From an uncultured Clostridia bacterium (GTDB lineage: Bacteria > Bacillota > Clostridia > TANB77 > CAG-508): a stretch of DNA of 42,497 nucleotides. The notes below the pieces were generated by a model. The model had not been told where the DNA came from. It saw only the letters and a program-made list of their open reading frames with translations, and made no database searches. The stretch is taken from the NCBI GenBank assembly GCA_944387485.1, contig CALXFC010000003.1, positions 1 through 42,497 on the forward strand. Reading direction: 5' to 3'. The position numbers and the translations under genes are program-made. This document shows positions 1 to 8,764 of this stretch, one piece after another (the first letter of the stretch is position 1; each line of letters begins with the position of its first letter).

Positions 1-75
1 AACGCCTGTGGAGATAGTAGGTTACGAGGTCGATGAAGCAGGAAGCCCATTGGCTTTAGACAATGGGTGGTTCAC
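1..75 (+). mobile_element. Right end of an IS200/IS605-family element (3' end of tnpB-like ORF / omega-RNA scaffold region), truncated by window start
   Basis: Frame 1 reads NACGDSRLRGR* (TGA 34-36), typical of tnpB tails. Followed by GAAGCAGGAAG, the hairpin CCCATTG-GCTTTAGA-CAATGGG and a terminal GGTTCAC at 69-75, the usual IS605 right-end pattern. The hairpin closely resembles the one at 1175-1196. Confidence 0.75.
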
Positions 76-558
76 AAGGTAGAATCTAAAAAAGAAATAG
101 ATTATATAATAAAAAAGTTAAAAGAAAGAGGAGGAGTAAACAAAAGAGAAGAAAGGGCAATGAGATTAATAATAGATAATATAGAGAGGATAATGCCAAA
201 ATTAACAAAAACATTAAGAGAAGAAGAAATGGAAGAGATAAAAAAAGAAATGAAAGAAATAATAGAAAGGAAAGGTGATTTTATGTCAAATTTTGAAAAA
301 GCAATAATAAAAATAGTAAAAGAAAATAAAGCAGCAAAAGAGGCAGGAAAAAGAGAAGGAATAAATATTGGAAGAGCAGAAGGGATGGATATTGGAAGAG
401 CAGAAGGAATGAGTATTGGAAAGTCAGAAGGAAAAAAAGATACAATATGCAAAATAGTAAGAAAAATGCTAAATAATAAAATGAAAGATGAAGAAATAAT
501 GGAATATGTAGATATTACAAAAGAAGAATTAGAAAAGTTAAAACTACAAACGGCGTAA
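76..558 (+). pseudogene. C-terminal part of a probable Rpn/YhgA-like (PD-(D/E)XK, recombination-promoting nuclease family) protein, interrupted upstream by the IS605 element
   Basis: The ORF-track start (GTG 67) lies inside the IS end and host-like sequence resumes at 76. The C-terminus has EG(I/M)xIGRA repeats followed by IVRKML...M.DEEIMEYV.IT.EEL, typical of Rpn-family tails. Internal RBS AAAGGTGA plus ATG at 283. Confidence 0.55.
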
Positions 559-872
559 CAAAATTCATTTATTTTTAAATAGAAAAAGGTGATTTTATGT
601 CAAATTTTGAAAAAGCAATAATAAAAATAGTAAAAGAAAATAAAGCAGCAAAAGAGGCAGGAAAAAGAGAAGGAATAAATATTGGAAGAGCAGAAGGGAT
701 GGATATTGGAAGAGCAGAAGGAATGAGTATTGGAAAGTCAGAAGGAAAAAAAGATACAATATGCAAAATAGTAAGAAAAATGCTAAATAATAAAATGAAA
801 GATGAAGAAATAATGGAATATGTAGATATTACAAAAGAAGAATTAGAAAAGTTAAAATTACAAATAGTGTAA
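271..872 (+). repeat. Tandem direct duplication of 288 bp (271-558 and 585-872)
   Basis: Offset 314 nt. The copies are identical except for 4 substitutions in the last 15 nt. Each contains 24-nt internal repeats encoding EGINIGRA/EGMDIGRA/EGMSIGKS. Confidence 0.97.
597..872 (+). CDS. Stand-alone copy of the Rpn-like C-terminal module (91 aa), possible RpnS-type antitoxin
   Basis: Own RBS AAAGGTGA at 585-592, ATG 597, TAA 870-872; followed by a hairpin. Confidence 0.65.
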   Translation: MSNFEKAIIKIVKENKAAKEAGKREGINIGRAEGMDIGRAEGMSIGKSEGKKDTICKIVRKMLNNKMKDEEIMEYVDITKEELEKLKLQIV

Positions 873-878
873 AAAAGA

Positions 879-901
879 AGGACCCTAAAATTTAGGGCCC
901 T
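879..901. terminator. Hairpin between convergent genes, probable terminator
   Basis: AGGACCCTAAAATTTAGGGCCCT inverted repeat, preceded by an A-run that gives a U-tract on the minus strand. Confidence 0.6.
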
Positions 902-924
902 AATTAAGTGTATTTTTTCTTACT

Positions 925-1444
925 TTAATCATCTATATCTATTGTTTCGGTATGATTTAAAATAAATTTGTAACCATCTTCAAAGCCATCAAGAGAACTA
1001 TTAAAATTTTTCTTACTTGCTGCATTAAATCCAGTAATATAGCTAAGTAATGATGCAAAAAAGTTACAATATAAGTAAGAAAGCTCTCAAGCAAAGTTGA
1101 TGATGTTACAGAAATAGCAAATATATTAACTATTGCAAGCAATATAAAGATGATTGAAATAAGTCTACCGCAATCCCACTGGCTTTAGACGGTGGGTTAA
1201 GGTAGACAAAAAAATAGAGTTGTGTTATATTTATATAATAGTAAAATGGAAATCAAAAAACAGGCATAAATATTTATTGCAGTATCACATTATTTTTGTA
1301 TGTAAATATAGAAATAAACTGCTGGTATTAAAACAGATATCAGATGATATAAAGCAGTTTTCTTATGAGATATGTCAAAGGCATAATGTAATTATTAGGT
1401 ATATGGAGACTGACAAAGATAATAAGTCTAGCTTTTTGATTCAT
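925..1444 (-). pseudogene. Small membrane protein gene (about 85 aa reconstructed) interrupted by an IS200 fragment
   Basis: GGAGG RBS (1451-1455) and ATG at 1444 give MNQKARLI. Deleting 1168-1430 joins this in frame to SIIFILLAIVNIFAISV... A probable extra 1-nt loss in the A6 run at 1057-1062 would continue to ...ETIDIDD* at 925. Confidence 0.6.
1163..1420 (+). mobile_element. tnpA: Truncated IS200/IS605 left end plus 5' fragment of tnpA (Y1 HUH transposase)
   Basis: Hairpin GTCTACC...CCCACTG-GCTTTAGA-CGGTGGG...GGTAGAC (1163-1207), then KWKSKNRHKYLLQYHIIFVCKYR...METDKD, the IS200 TnpA N-terminus, broken just before the HUH motif. Confidence 0.85.
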
Positions 1445-1468
1445 GTAAAACCTCCTAAAAAAGTAAAA

Positions 1469-1714
1469 TTATTCTACTCTTCTATTATTTCTTACATCTT
1501 GATTAGAAGAATTATTACATAATTTCTCATATTCTTTACATTTAATTTTATAGTCCATTTGCATACAAAGATATCTGTAATAGTAAAAAGCTTGTTCATA
1601 TTGCATAATTGGGTTAAACATAGGGTCTCTATATAAATCATTCATATCTGGTGACATATTTTGATTATAATCCATAAAATTAGGATTAAAATTATTGTTA
1701 AAATCTCTTTCCAA
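1469..1714 (-). CDS. Hypothetical protein (81 aa, Asn/Tyr/Met-rich), possibly sporulation related
   Basis: TTG start with AGGAGTGA RBS overlapping the ylbJ stop; co-oriented directly downstream of ylbJ. Confidence 0.7.
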   Translation of the reverse strand: MERDFNNNFNPNFMDYNQNMSPDMNDLYRDPMFNPIMQYEQAFYYYRYLCMQMDYKIKCKEYEKLCNNSSNQDVRNNRRVE

Positions 1715-1726
1715 TTAAAATCACTC

Positions 1727-2779
1727 CTATATATCAAAATTAAAAAAAGGTATAACATTAATAAAAATATATGTGTAAACAGAAGCAATTATTCCTTGAA
1801 GTAGTTTACCATAAATATATGGTTTTATAGATAAATCAGTTTTAGAAGTAATGCTTAAAACTTGTAAAAGGACAGAAATTCCACCAAAACCAAGTAAAAA
1901 TGCTGTAAAAATAATGTTTATTGAAAGTTTTTTACAAGCAATTAATGAAATACTATTAATTCCATTTGTAATTTCTAAAATCCCACAAAGAAAAGGACCT
2001 ATGAATGAGGTATCAATATTAATTGCGTTAAATAAAGGAGAGATACATGTGGATAAGATATGCAATAATCCACTTGATTTTAAAATAGAAATTACACTAG
2101 AGAAAATAACAACAAACCCACCTATCAATAAAATAGTAGAAATACTATTTGTAATGCTATCTGCTAATACTTCTCCTAAGTTAGAAAAAGAAACAGTTTT
2201 ATTTTCTAAATTTAAATTAGAATTAGAGTAATCTGAAGATTTATTTCTTTTCCAAAATCTAAAAATAATACCAACACTAATTCCAGCTAATATATGTGTT
2301 ATAAAAAGCAATAAACCAATAGTTGTACTTCCAAACATTAAAATACCAACAGTACCAACTATGAAAAGTGGACCAGAATTGTTTGTAAAACTAAGAAGTC
2401 TTTCACATTCTTCTTTAGAACAAATATTATTTTTTCTAAAATTACTTGCAATTTTAGCTCCAACTGGATATCCACTAATTATTCCCATAATAAAAGCAAA
2501 TGCACCTTCACCACGAATATTAAATAAAGGTTTCATATATTTATTTAATAAATTACCTAAGATATTTACTATATTTGTGTGCATTAAAAGTTCTGTTGAA
2601 ATAAAAAATGGAAAAAGTGAGGGGACAACAGAGGTTGCCCACAGAGTTAGTCCAGATTTTACTGCAGGAAGGTTTGATTTAGGAAAGATAAGTAAACACA
2701 GTGTAAAGCCTAAAAAAATTAATGGCAGAATATTTTTCTTTAATTTTACAACATATAAATTTGCTTTCAAAATCATCAT
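1727..2779 (-). CDS. ylbJ: Sporulation integral membrane protein YlbJ
   Basis: Multi-TM protein with the GLTLWATSVVPSLFPF, GIISGYPVGAK, FTNNSGPLFIVGTVG, GILEITNG and GFGGISV motifs. Confidence 0.88.
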   Translation of the reverse strand: MMILKANLYVVKLKKNILPLIFLGFTLCLLIFPKSNLPAVKSGLTLWATSVVPSLFPFFISTELLMHTNIVNILGNLLNKYMKPLFNIRGEGAFAFIMGIISGYPVGAKIASNFRKNNICSKEECERLLSFTNNSGPLFIVGTVGILMFGSTTIGLLLFITHILAGISVGIIFRFWKRNKSSDYSNSNLNLENKTVSFSNLGEVLADSITNSISTILLIGGFVVIFSSVISILKSSGLLHILSTCISPLFNAINIDTSFIGPFLCGILEITNGINSISLIACKKLSINIIFTAFLLGFGGISVLLQVLSITSKTDLSIKPYIYGKLLQGIIASVYTYIFINVIPFFNFDI

Positions 2780-2907
2780 TCCTTGTAATTGTAGTTTATA
2801 AAAATATATTCACAATAAAAAAAACTATGTATCAAACTTGTAATTTGGCTAAAAAAATGATATAGTAAAAAAGAATTTTTAGGAAAATTTAGAAAGGAAG
2901 TGTAGGC

Positions 2908-3828
2908 TTGAATATAAAACAAATTATAGAAGAAGCAAATCTAAAAATTTCTAAAGATAGAATTTTATATAATGAGCCAATGAAAAAATATACGAGTTTT
3001 AAGATTGGTGGTCCAGCAGAATGTTTAATTAAAATAAAAAGTGTAGATGAGTTAAAAAAAGTATTAAATTTAGCAAATAAAAATAATATACCTGTAACAG
3101 TAATTGGAAATGGAAGTAATGTATTAGTATTAGATGAAGGCATATCAGGTATTACATTAATGATTAAAATAGAAGGAATAAGTTTTTACACATTAGATGA
3201 TAAAAAATTTATTGTAAAAGTGGGTGCAGGAGAAAAAATAGCAAAAGTAGGAAGAATGTTTTTAAATAATTCCCTTACAGGTTTTGAAGAAATATCAGGA
3301 ATACCAGGTACTTTTGGTGGAGCAGTTAGAATGAATGCAGGAGCACATGGAAAGGAAATGAAAGATATTGTAAAAACTGTTACATGTGTTGATTATTTAG
3401 GAAATGAAAAAGTATTTAGTAATAAAGATATGAAATTTGAATATAGAAAGAGCATCTTAAAAGAAGAAAAATATATAGTAACAGAGGTAGAAATAGAGCT
3501 TGAAAAAGGAAATGAAGAAGAAATAAAAGTTAAAATGGATGAGTATGCAGAGTTTAGAAAAGAAAAACAACCACTAGAATATCCAAGTGCAGGAAGTACA
3601 TTTAAAAGAGGAAAAGATTTTATAACAGCAAAATTAATAGATGAAGCAGGGCTAAAAGGATATTTTATAGGAGATGCAGAAGTTTCTACAAAACATGCAG
3701 GATTTATAATAAACAAAGGAAATGCAACTGCAAAAGATGTTTTAGAATTAATAAACAAGGTAAAAGAAGAAGTTTATAAAAAATCCCAAAAGAAAATAGA
3801 ATTAGAAGTAGAAGTAATAGGTAAATAA
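2908..3828 (+). CDS. murB: UDP-N-acetylenolpyruvoylglucosamine reductase
   Basis: TSFKIGGPA, GNGSNVL, GIPGTFGGAVRMNAGA, QPLEYPSAGSTFKR, KHAGFIIN motifs; TTG start with AAAGGAAG RBS. Confidence 0.96.
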   Translation: MNIKQIIEEANLKISKDRILYNEPMKKYTSFKIGGPAECLIKIKSVDELKKVLNLANKNNIPVTVIGNGSNVLVLDEGISGITLMIKIEGISFYTLDDKKFIVKVGAGEKIAKVGRMFLNNSLTGFEEISGIPGTFGGAVRMNAGAHGKEMKDIVKTVTCVDYLGNEKVFSNKDMKFEYRKSILKEEKYIVTEVEIELEKGNEEEIKVKMDEYAEFRKEKQPLEYPSAGSTFKRGKDFITAKLIDEAGLKGYFIGDAEVSTKHAGFIINKGNATAKDVLELINKVKEEVYKKSQKKIELEVEVIGK

Positions 3829-3876
3829 GATGTGTCCCAGATTGACCAGAAATGGACAATTGGGAAACGTCCCCAA
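3828..3876 (+). repeat. 49-bp palindromic intergenic repeat, family A copy 1
   Basis: AGATGTGTCCCAG-ATTGACCAGAAATGGACAATT-GGGAAACGTCCCCAA; near-identical to 20945-20993 (minus) and 28038-28086. Confidence 0.92.
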
Positions 3877-3888
3877 AGGAGTAGGATG

Positions 3889-5550
3889 ATGAAAGGTTTT
3901 TTTCAATGGTTTAAAGCAAGTAGTAAAATGAAAAGATGGATGTTTTTAATTTTAGTTGGAATTATTCTTGCGTGTTATGGTTTAGCAAGAATATTGGTGA
4001 TGAAAGAAATATCATTTGTTGATGTGGCACAAGTTGTAGCAATATTTGTTGTAGGATTTCTTGCAATTATAATAGGACTTGTATTTTTAAATAAAAGAAC
4101 TTTAGAGGTTTTAATTGAAGCAAGTGATGAGAGAATGGAAAATAATAAAAATGTTAATATGAAATCACTTATCTTTAATAAAACTGTTTACGATAAAGGT
4201 CCAAATATAGTAGTAATAGGAGGAGGAACTGGATTAAATACCGTTCTTTCAGGACTTAAAAATTATACTAATAATTTAACAGCAATAGTTACAGTGTCTG
4301 ATTATGGCGAAGCTATAACAAATTCTAGAAGAGAGTTACAAACATTACCACTTGATGATATTAAAGATAGTATTATTTCTTTATCTTCAAAAGAAGGAGA
4401 AATAGAGAAATTATTTAATTATGAATTTAAAGAAGGAAAATTAAAAGGTTTAAATTTTTCTGATATATATTTCTTAGCAATGCAAGGAGCAAATGGAAAT
4501 TTCGAAGATTCAATTATTAAAAGTAATGAAGTATTAAATATGATAGGAAAGGTTATTCCAGTTACTTTAGATGAAATGAAAATTGTTGCAGAGCTTGCAA
4601 ATGGATATATAGTAGAAGAAAAATCTAGAATACCAGAGGTTGTAACTGATAAGTTAACAAAAATAAATAGAATTACAGTAAGCCCATCAAATTGTAGACC
4701 TGCACCTGGTGTAGTAGAAGCAATAAAAGAAGCTGATTGTATTGTTATAGGACCTGGAAGTTTATATACCAATGTTATACCAAATCTTTTAATAAATGGA
4801 GTTGCAAAGGCTATAAAAGAAAGTACTGCAATAAAAGTATATGTATGTAATATAATGACAGAGCCTGGACAAACAGACAATTATAGTATTGCAGACCATA
4901 TAAATGCAATTATAGAACATTGTGGAACAGGAGTAATTGATTATTGTATTTATGATACAGGAGAGATTATTCCAGAATTTATAAAAAAATATAATTTAGA
5001 AGGACAAGACTTAGTAGAACAAGATGTTGATAAAGTTAAAGGCATAAAGTTTTTACAGAGAAATTTATCTATGATAAAGGATGATTTAATAAGACATGAT
5101 CCAAGTTTAGTTGCATCTTCAATAATAGAATTAATATGTGATGATTTAAGATATCAAGATAAGCAAAATGATCCTCAATATTTGATGTTAAATAACAAAT
5201 TAAGAGAAGAAAAAAGGATAAACAAAGTTAAGAAAAAGACAGCTAAGAAAGAGTTAAAAGAAGCAAAAGCAGATAAAGGAAAGCATGAAAAAACTTTGAA
5301 ATCAAAAAGTAAATTTAGTAGTAAATATAGTCAAAGAATTGCTTCTATAAGAGAAGCAGATAGGAAAGCAGAAGAAAAAGCAAAGAAACGACAACAAAAA
5401 GAAAAAAATAAAAAAGGAAGAAATTCAAAAACAAGAGATTTTAGAGAAAGAAAACAAGAACAAAGGTCTACTAGAAAAAAATCACCTCAAGAGATTAGAG
5501 AAGAAATGTTAAAACAATTAGAACATAGTAAACTAAGAAATAAAAAATAG
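3889..5550 (+). CDS. YvcK/GlmR (UPF0052, CofD-like) family protein with N-terminal TM extension and basic C-terminal tail
   Basis: NIVVIGGGTGL, TAIVTVSD, IVIGPGSLYTNVIPNLL, NIMTEPGQTD and RHD motifs. Start placed at ATG 3889 (or 3886) after AAGGAG; the ORF-track start at 3832 lies in the repeat. Confidence 0.88.
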   Translation: MKGFFQWFKASSKMKRWMFLILVGIILACYGLARILVMKEISFVDVAQVVAIFVVGFLAIIIGLVFLNKRTLEVLIEASDERMENNKNVNMKSLIFNKTVYDKGPNIVVIGGGTGLNTVLSGLKNYTNNLTAIVTVSDYGEAITNSRRELQTLPLDDIKDSIISLSSKEGEIEKLFNYEFKEGKLKGLNFSDIYFLAMQGANGNFEDSIIKSNEVLNMIGKVIPVTLDEMKIVAELANGYIVEEKSRIPEVVTDKLTKINRITVSPSNCRPAPGVVEAIKEADCIVIGPGSLYTNVIPNLLINGVAKAIKESTAIKVYVCNIMTEPGQTDNYSIADHINAIIEHCGTGVIDYCIYDTGEIIPEFIKKYNLEGQDLVEQDVDKVKGIKFLQRNLSMIKDDLIRHDPSLVASSIIELICDDLRYQDKQNDPQYLMLNNKLREEKRINKVKKKTAKKELKEAKADKGKHEKTLKSKSKFSSKYSQRIASIREADRKAEEKAKKRQQKEKNKKGRNSKTRDFRERKQEQRSTRKKSPQEIREEMLKQLEHSKLRNKK

Positions 5551-5559
5551 GAGGAAATT

Positions 5560-7590
5560 ATGAAATTTACGAAAGAAAGTTTAAATTTAGAGAACGGATT
5601 AGATAAAGAATGGTTAATAACAAATGGAATAGGAGGGTATAGTTCTTCTACAATAATTGGTGCAAATACAAGAAAATATCATGGACTGTTAGTAGCGAGT
5701 CTAACACCACCTGCCAGAAGATTTTTAATACTTTCCAAGTTAGATGAAAGTATAGAAATTAGAGGCAAAAAATATGACTTATATACTAATATTGGAAAAG
5801 AATATATATCAAAAGGTTATGAGTATCAGGAAAGTTTTGAAAAAGATATTGTACCAACATTTACATATAAAATAGGAAAGGTGGAAATAACGAAAACTAT
5901 TTGTATGGACTATGGTAAAAATACAGTTGGAATTTACTATAAAATTAAAAATGGTGCTTACAGAGCTAAATTGACACTTGCACCTGTAATTAATTTTAGA
6001 GATTTCCATACTGTAAATACTGACCATGTATATGATATAAAGCAAACAAATAAAGGAAATAAAGTAAGAATATCAGTTGATGGTAATTCATATACTCCTA
6101 TTTATATAAATCTTTCAGATGGAGAATATATACCTCATGAGCATGATAGTTTTAATAATATGTTTTATATTGGAGAAGAAAAAAGAGGATTTGTAGGAGA
6201 AGAGAATCATGCAGTTCCTGGAAGATACGAAGTAAATATAAAAGCTAAAGAAGAAAAAGAGATTTCTTTTGTATGTTCATTAGAGGAAAATATTGAAGAA
6301 ATTAATGTTAAAGATTTAATTAAGAAAGAAGATGAACGTTTAAATAAAATATTTGAACAATCAGAGCTTATAAATGAAAAAGCAAAAACTCAAAAAGAGA
6401 AAAAAGAAAATGAATTAATAAAAACGTTTTTGATTGCAACAGATAATTTTGTTGTTAATCGCTATAGCTTTGGTTTACATACATTAATTGCAGGATATCA
6501 TTGGTTCTTAGATTGGGGAAGAGATGCTTTAATTTCTTTTGAAGGAACTTTATTAGTAACTAAAAGATTTGATATAGCAAGAGAAGTCTTGAAAACAATG
6601 ACAAGAGATGTTAAGTATGGTCTAGTTCCAAATGGTTATTCAGGTTATGATAATAGACCACTTTATAATAGTGTAGATGCTTCACTATTGTTGTTTGAAG
6701 CAATACAAAAATACATTGATTATACAAAAGATTATAAATTTATAAAAGAAGAAATGTATGATGTAATGAGAACAATAATTGAAAATTATTGTAATAGAAT
6801 TGATGTAGATGAAAATAATATTTACTTAGATTCAGATGGATTAATTGTTTCAGGAACAGAAAACACACAAAACACTTGGATGGATGTAAAATTTCAAGGA
6901 AGGGCAGTAACACCTAGAAATGGAAAAGCAGTTGAAGTAAATAGTCTATGGTATAATGCAAATAGAATAATGGCAGATTTAAGTATGAGATTTGGACATC
7001 TTATAACTGCAATGAAATATAAAGAATTAGCAGATAGATGTAAAGCATCTTTTGAAGAAAAATTTTATAATTATAAAACTAAATGCTTATATGATGTAAT
7101 TGGAGATGGAAAAATTAGACCAAATCAATTATTTGCACTAAGTTTAAGTAATCCTGTAATCAATGTTGATTCTGAAATAGCAAATAATATGATAACGATA
7201 GTAGAAAAGAAGCTTTTAAATTCATATGGATTAAAGACATTAGCAAAAGGAGAAGAAAACTATGTAGAGATTTATGAAGGAGACGAAAAACATAGAGATT
7301 TGAGTTATCATCAAGGAATAACTTGGCCTTGGCTTTTAGGATTATATTATAATTCTTTAAAAAATATGAGAGATAAAACAGAAAACGAAGATAAAAAACA
7401 AGAGATAGAACAAAAAATAGAAAAATTAATAGATAAGACCAAAAAGACATTTTCAAAAGAAATATATGAAAGAGGTTGTATAGGTTCTATTGCTGAACTT
7501 TATGACTCTGCAAAACCATATTTACCAAAAGGAACAATAGCACAGTGTTGGAGTGTAGCAGAAATATTCAGAATAATACTTGGAAAATAA
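5560..7590 (+). CDS. Glycogen debranching enzyme (amylo-alpha-1,6-glucosidase, GDE_N + GDE_C)
   Basis: EWLITNGIGGYSSSTI...TRKYHGLL, IAGYHWFLDWGRD, TWMD, PRNGKAVEVN, RPNQ, YHQG, AQCWSVAE motifs; GGAGG RBS. Confidence 0.92.
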   Translation: MKFTKESLNLENGLDKEWLITNGIGGYSSSTIIGANTRKYHGLLVASLTPPARRFLILSKLDESIEIRGKKYDLYTNIGKEYISKGYEYQESFEKDIVPTFTYKIGKVEITKTICMDYGKNTVGIYYKIKNGAYRAKLTLAPVINFRDFHTVNTDHVYDIKQTNKGNKVRISVDGNSYTPIYINLSDGEYIPHEHDSFNNMFYIGEEKRGFVGEENHAVPGRYEVNIKAKEEKEISFVCSLEENIEEINVKDLIKKEDERLNKIFEQSELINEKAKTQKEKKENELIKTFLIATDNFVVNRYSFGLHTLIAGYHWFLDWGRDALISFEGTLLVTKRFDIAREVLKTMTRDVKYGLVPNGYSGYDNRPLYNSVDASLLLFEAIQKYIDYTKDYKFIKEEMYDVMRTIIENYCNRIDVDENNIYLDSDGLIVSGTENTQNTWMDVKFQGRAVTPRNGKAVEVNSLWYNANRIMADLSMRFGHLITAMKYKELADRCKASFEEKFYNYKTKCLYDVIGDGKIRPNQLFALSLSNPVINVDSEIANNMITIVEKKLLNSYGLKTLAKGEENYVEIYEGDEKHRDLSYHQGITWPWLLGLYYNSLKNMRDKTENEDKKQEIEQKIEKLIDKTKKTFSKEIYERGCIGSIAELYDSAKPYLPKGTIAQCWSVAEIFRIILGK

Positions 7591-7603
7591 AGGAGCAAAT
7601 TCA

Positions 7604-8629
7604 ATGACTTCTATAGAAAATCTGGAAAAAGAATTAAAACAAGGAAAATTAAATAGTATATACCTTTTATATGGTGAAGAATTATTTTTATTAGAAAATA
7701 GTTTAAATAAAATAAAAAAATTATTTGGTGAAACTGTAAAAGGTATAAATTATGTACTAATAGACGATACAAATGTAAAAGAATTAATCCAAGATATAGA
7801 AACGCCTGCATTTGGTTATGAAAAAAAGCTAATTATTGCAAGAAATACAGGGGTGTTTAAAAGTGAAGGAAAAAGGAAAAATCAAGAGTTAAGTAATTTA
7901 AAAGAAAAAATTAATGATTATATTAATGAAAATATAGATATAATAAAAGAAAGCGTTATATTAGTTTTTGTTGAAGCAGATGCAGATAGTAGACTAAAAT
8001 TATTTAAGACCGTAGATAAACAAGGACTAGTTTGTAAATTTGATTTTCAAAAGCCAATACAGGTAGAAAAGAGAGTAAAAGCTATTTGTAAAGCTTATGA
8101 TGTTAACATAGAAGACAGTACATTAAAGTATTTTATAGAAATATGTGGAACAAATATGCAAGATGTAATAAATGAAATTAGAAAACTGATAGAATATGCA
8201 GGGAAGGGTGGAGTAATAAAAAAAGAAGATGTTGATAGTTTAACAATAAAAAAATTGGAAGCCATTATATTTGATTTAACAGATAATTTAGGACAAAAAC
8301 GAACAGGAAAGGCTTTAGATGTGTTAAAAAATTTAATTTATAATAAGGAACCAATACAAAGAATTTTAGTTATGCTATATAATCATTTTAAAAAACTTTA
8401 TTTTTTAAAGTTGGCAACAAAATATAATAAAGATATAGTAACTTCTTTAAGTTTAAAACCAAATCAAACTTTTCTTGTAAATAAATATAAAATGCAAGCA
8501 AAATATTTTACTGAAAAAGAATTAAAAGATGTTCTACAAGCACTAAGAGATTTAGATGTTAATTATAAAAATGGTTTAATAGATTTAGAAGTAGGATTAG
8601 AAGCAATCCTTTGTAATTATTGCTCATAG
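7604..8629 (+). CDS. holA: DNA polymerase III delta subunit
   Basis: IYLLYGEELFL N-terminal motif, PAFGYEKKLII, IFDLTD; AAGGAG RBS before ATG 7604. Confidence 0.9.
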   Translation: MTSIENLEKELKQGKLNSIYLLYGEELFLLENSLNKIKKLFGETVKGINYVLIDDTNVKELIQDIETPAFGYEKKLIIARNTGVFKSEGKRKNQELSNLKEKINDYINENIDIIKESVILVFVEADADSRLKLFKTVDKQGLVCKFDFQKPIQVEKRVKAICKAYDVNIEDSTLKYFIEICGTNMQDVINEIRKLIEYAGKGGVIKKEDVDSLTIKKLEAIIFDLTDNLGQKRTGKALDVLKNLIYNKEPIQRILVMLYNHFKKLYFLKLATKYNKDIVTSLSLKPNQTFLVNKYKMQAKYFTEKELKDVLQALRDLDVNYKNGLIDLEVGLEAILCNYCS

Positions 8630-8635
8630 AGTTTA

Positions 8636-8669
8636 GAAGCTGTTTTTGGGGACGGAGCAAAAAAACAGG
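8636..8669. repeat. Short palindromic repeat, family C copy 1
   Basis: GAAGCTGTTTTTGGGGACGGAGCAAAAAAACAGG; matches the reverse complement of 16559-16592. Confidence 0.8.
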
Positions 8670-8764
8670 ATAAAGTAAAATAGAAAAATAACCATAAAAT
8701 GCATAATAAATCACTTAAATGATAAAAATAGTAAAAAGAAATTTTATTGTTTAGGTGATTTTTT

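Noticed and set aside
355-432. 24-nt tandem repeats as a CRISPR array
   Set aside because: They are contiguous in-frame coding repeats without unique spacers, and there are no cas genes.
102-766. Minus-strand ORFs 102-452 and 575-766, and other antisense ORFs over long genes (e.g. 1851-2231, 3393-3758, 4419-4880, 27130-27537, 35843-36160)
   Set aside because: Shadow frames of purine-rich coding strands, with no RBS or recognisable motifs.
271-872. Duplication as a diversity-generating retroelement TR/VR pair
   Set aside because: Only 4 mismatches, mostly C/T and clustered at the end rather than adenine-specific, and no reverse transcriptase in the window.
1057-1062. A6 run frameshift as part of the CGG recoding pattern or phase variation
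   Set aside because: It is a short homopolymer in an already IS-disrupted gene with no CGG; simple decay or error is sufficient.
1220-1522. ORF 1220-1522 as a functional transposase
   Set aside because: TnpA similarity stops at 1420 before the HUH and catalytic Tyr motifs; the remainder is read-through into host DNA.
3832-3888. N-terminal extensions of the yvcK-like ORF (from 3832) and serS (from 20991) in the ORF track
   Set aside because: Both are translations of the family A repeat; good RBS-ATG pairs lie downstream at 3889 and 20925.
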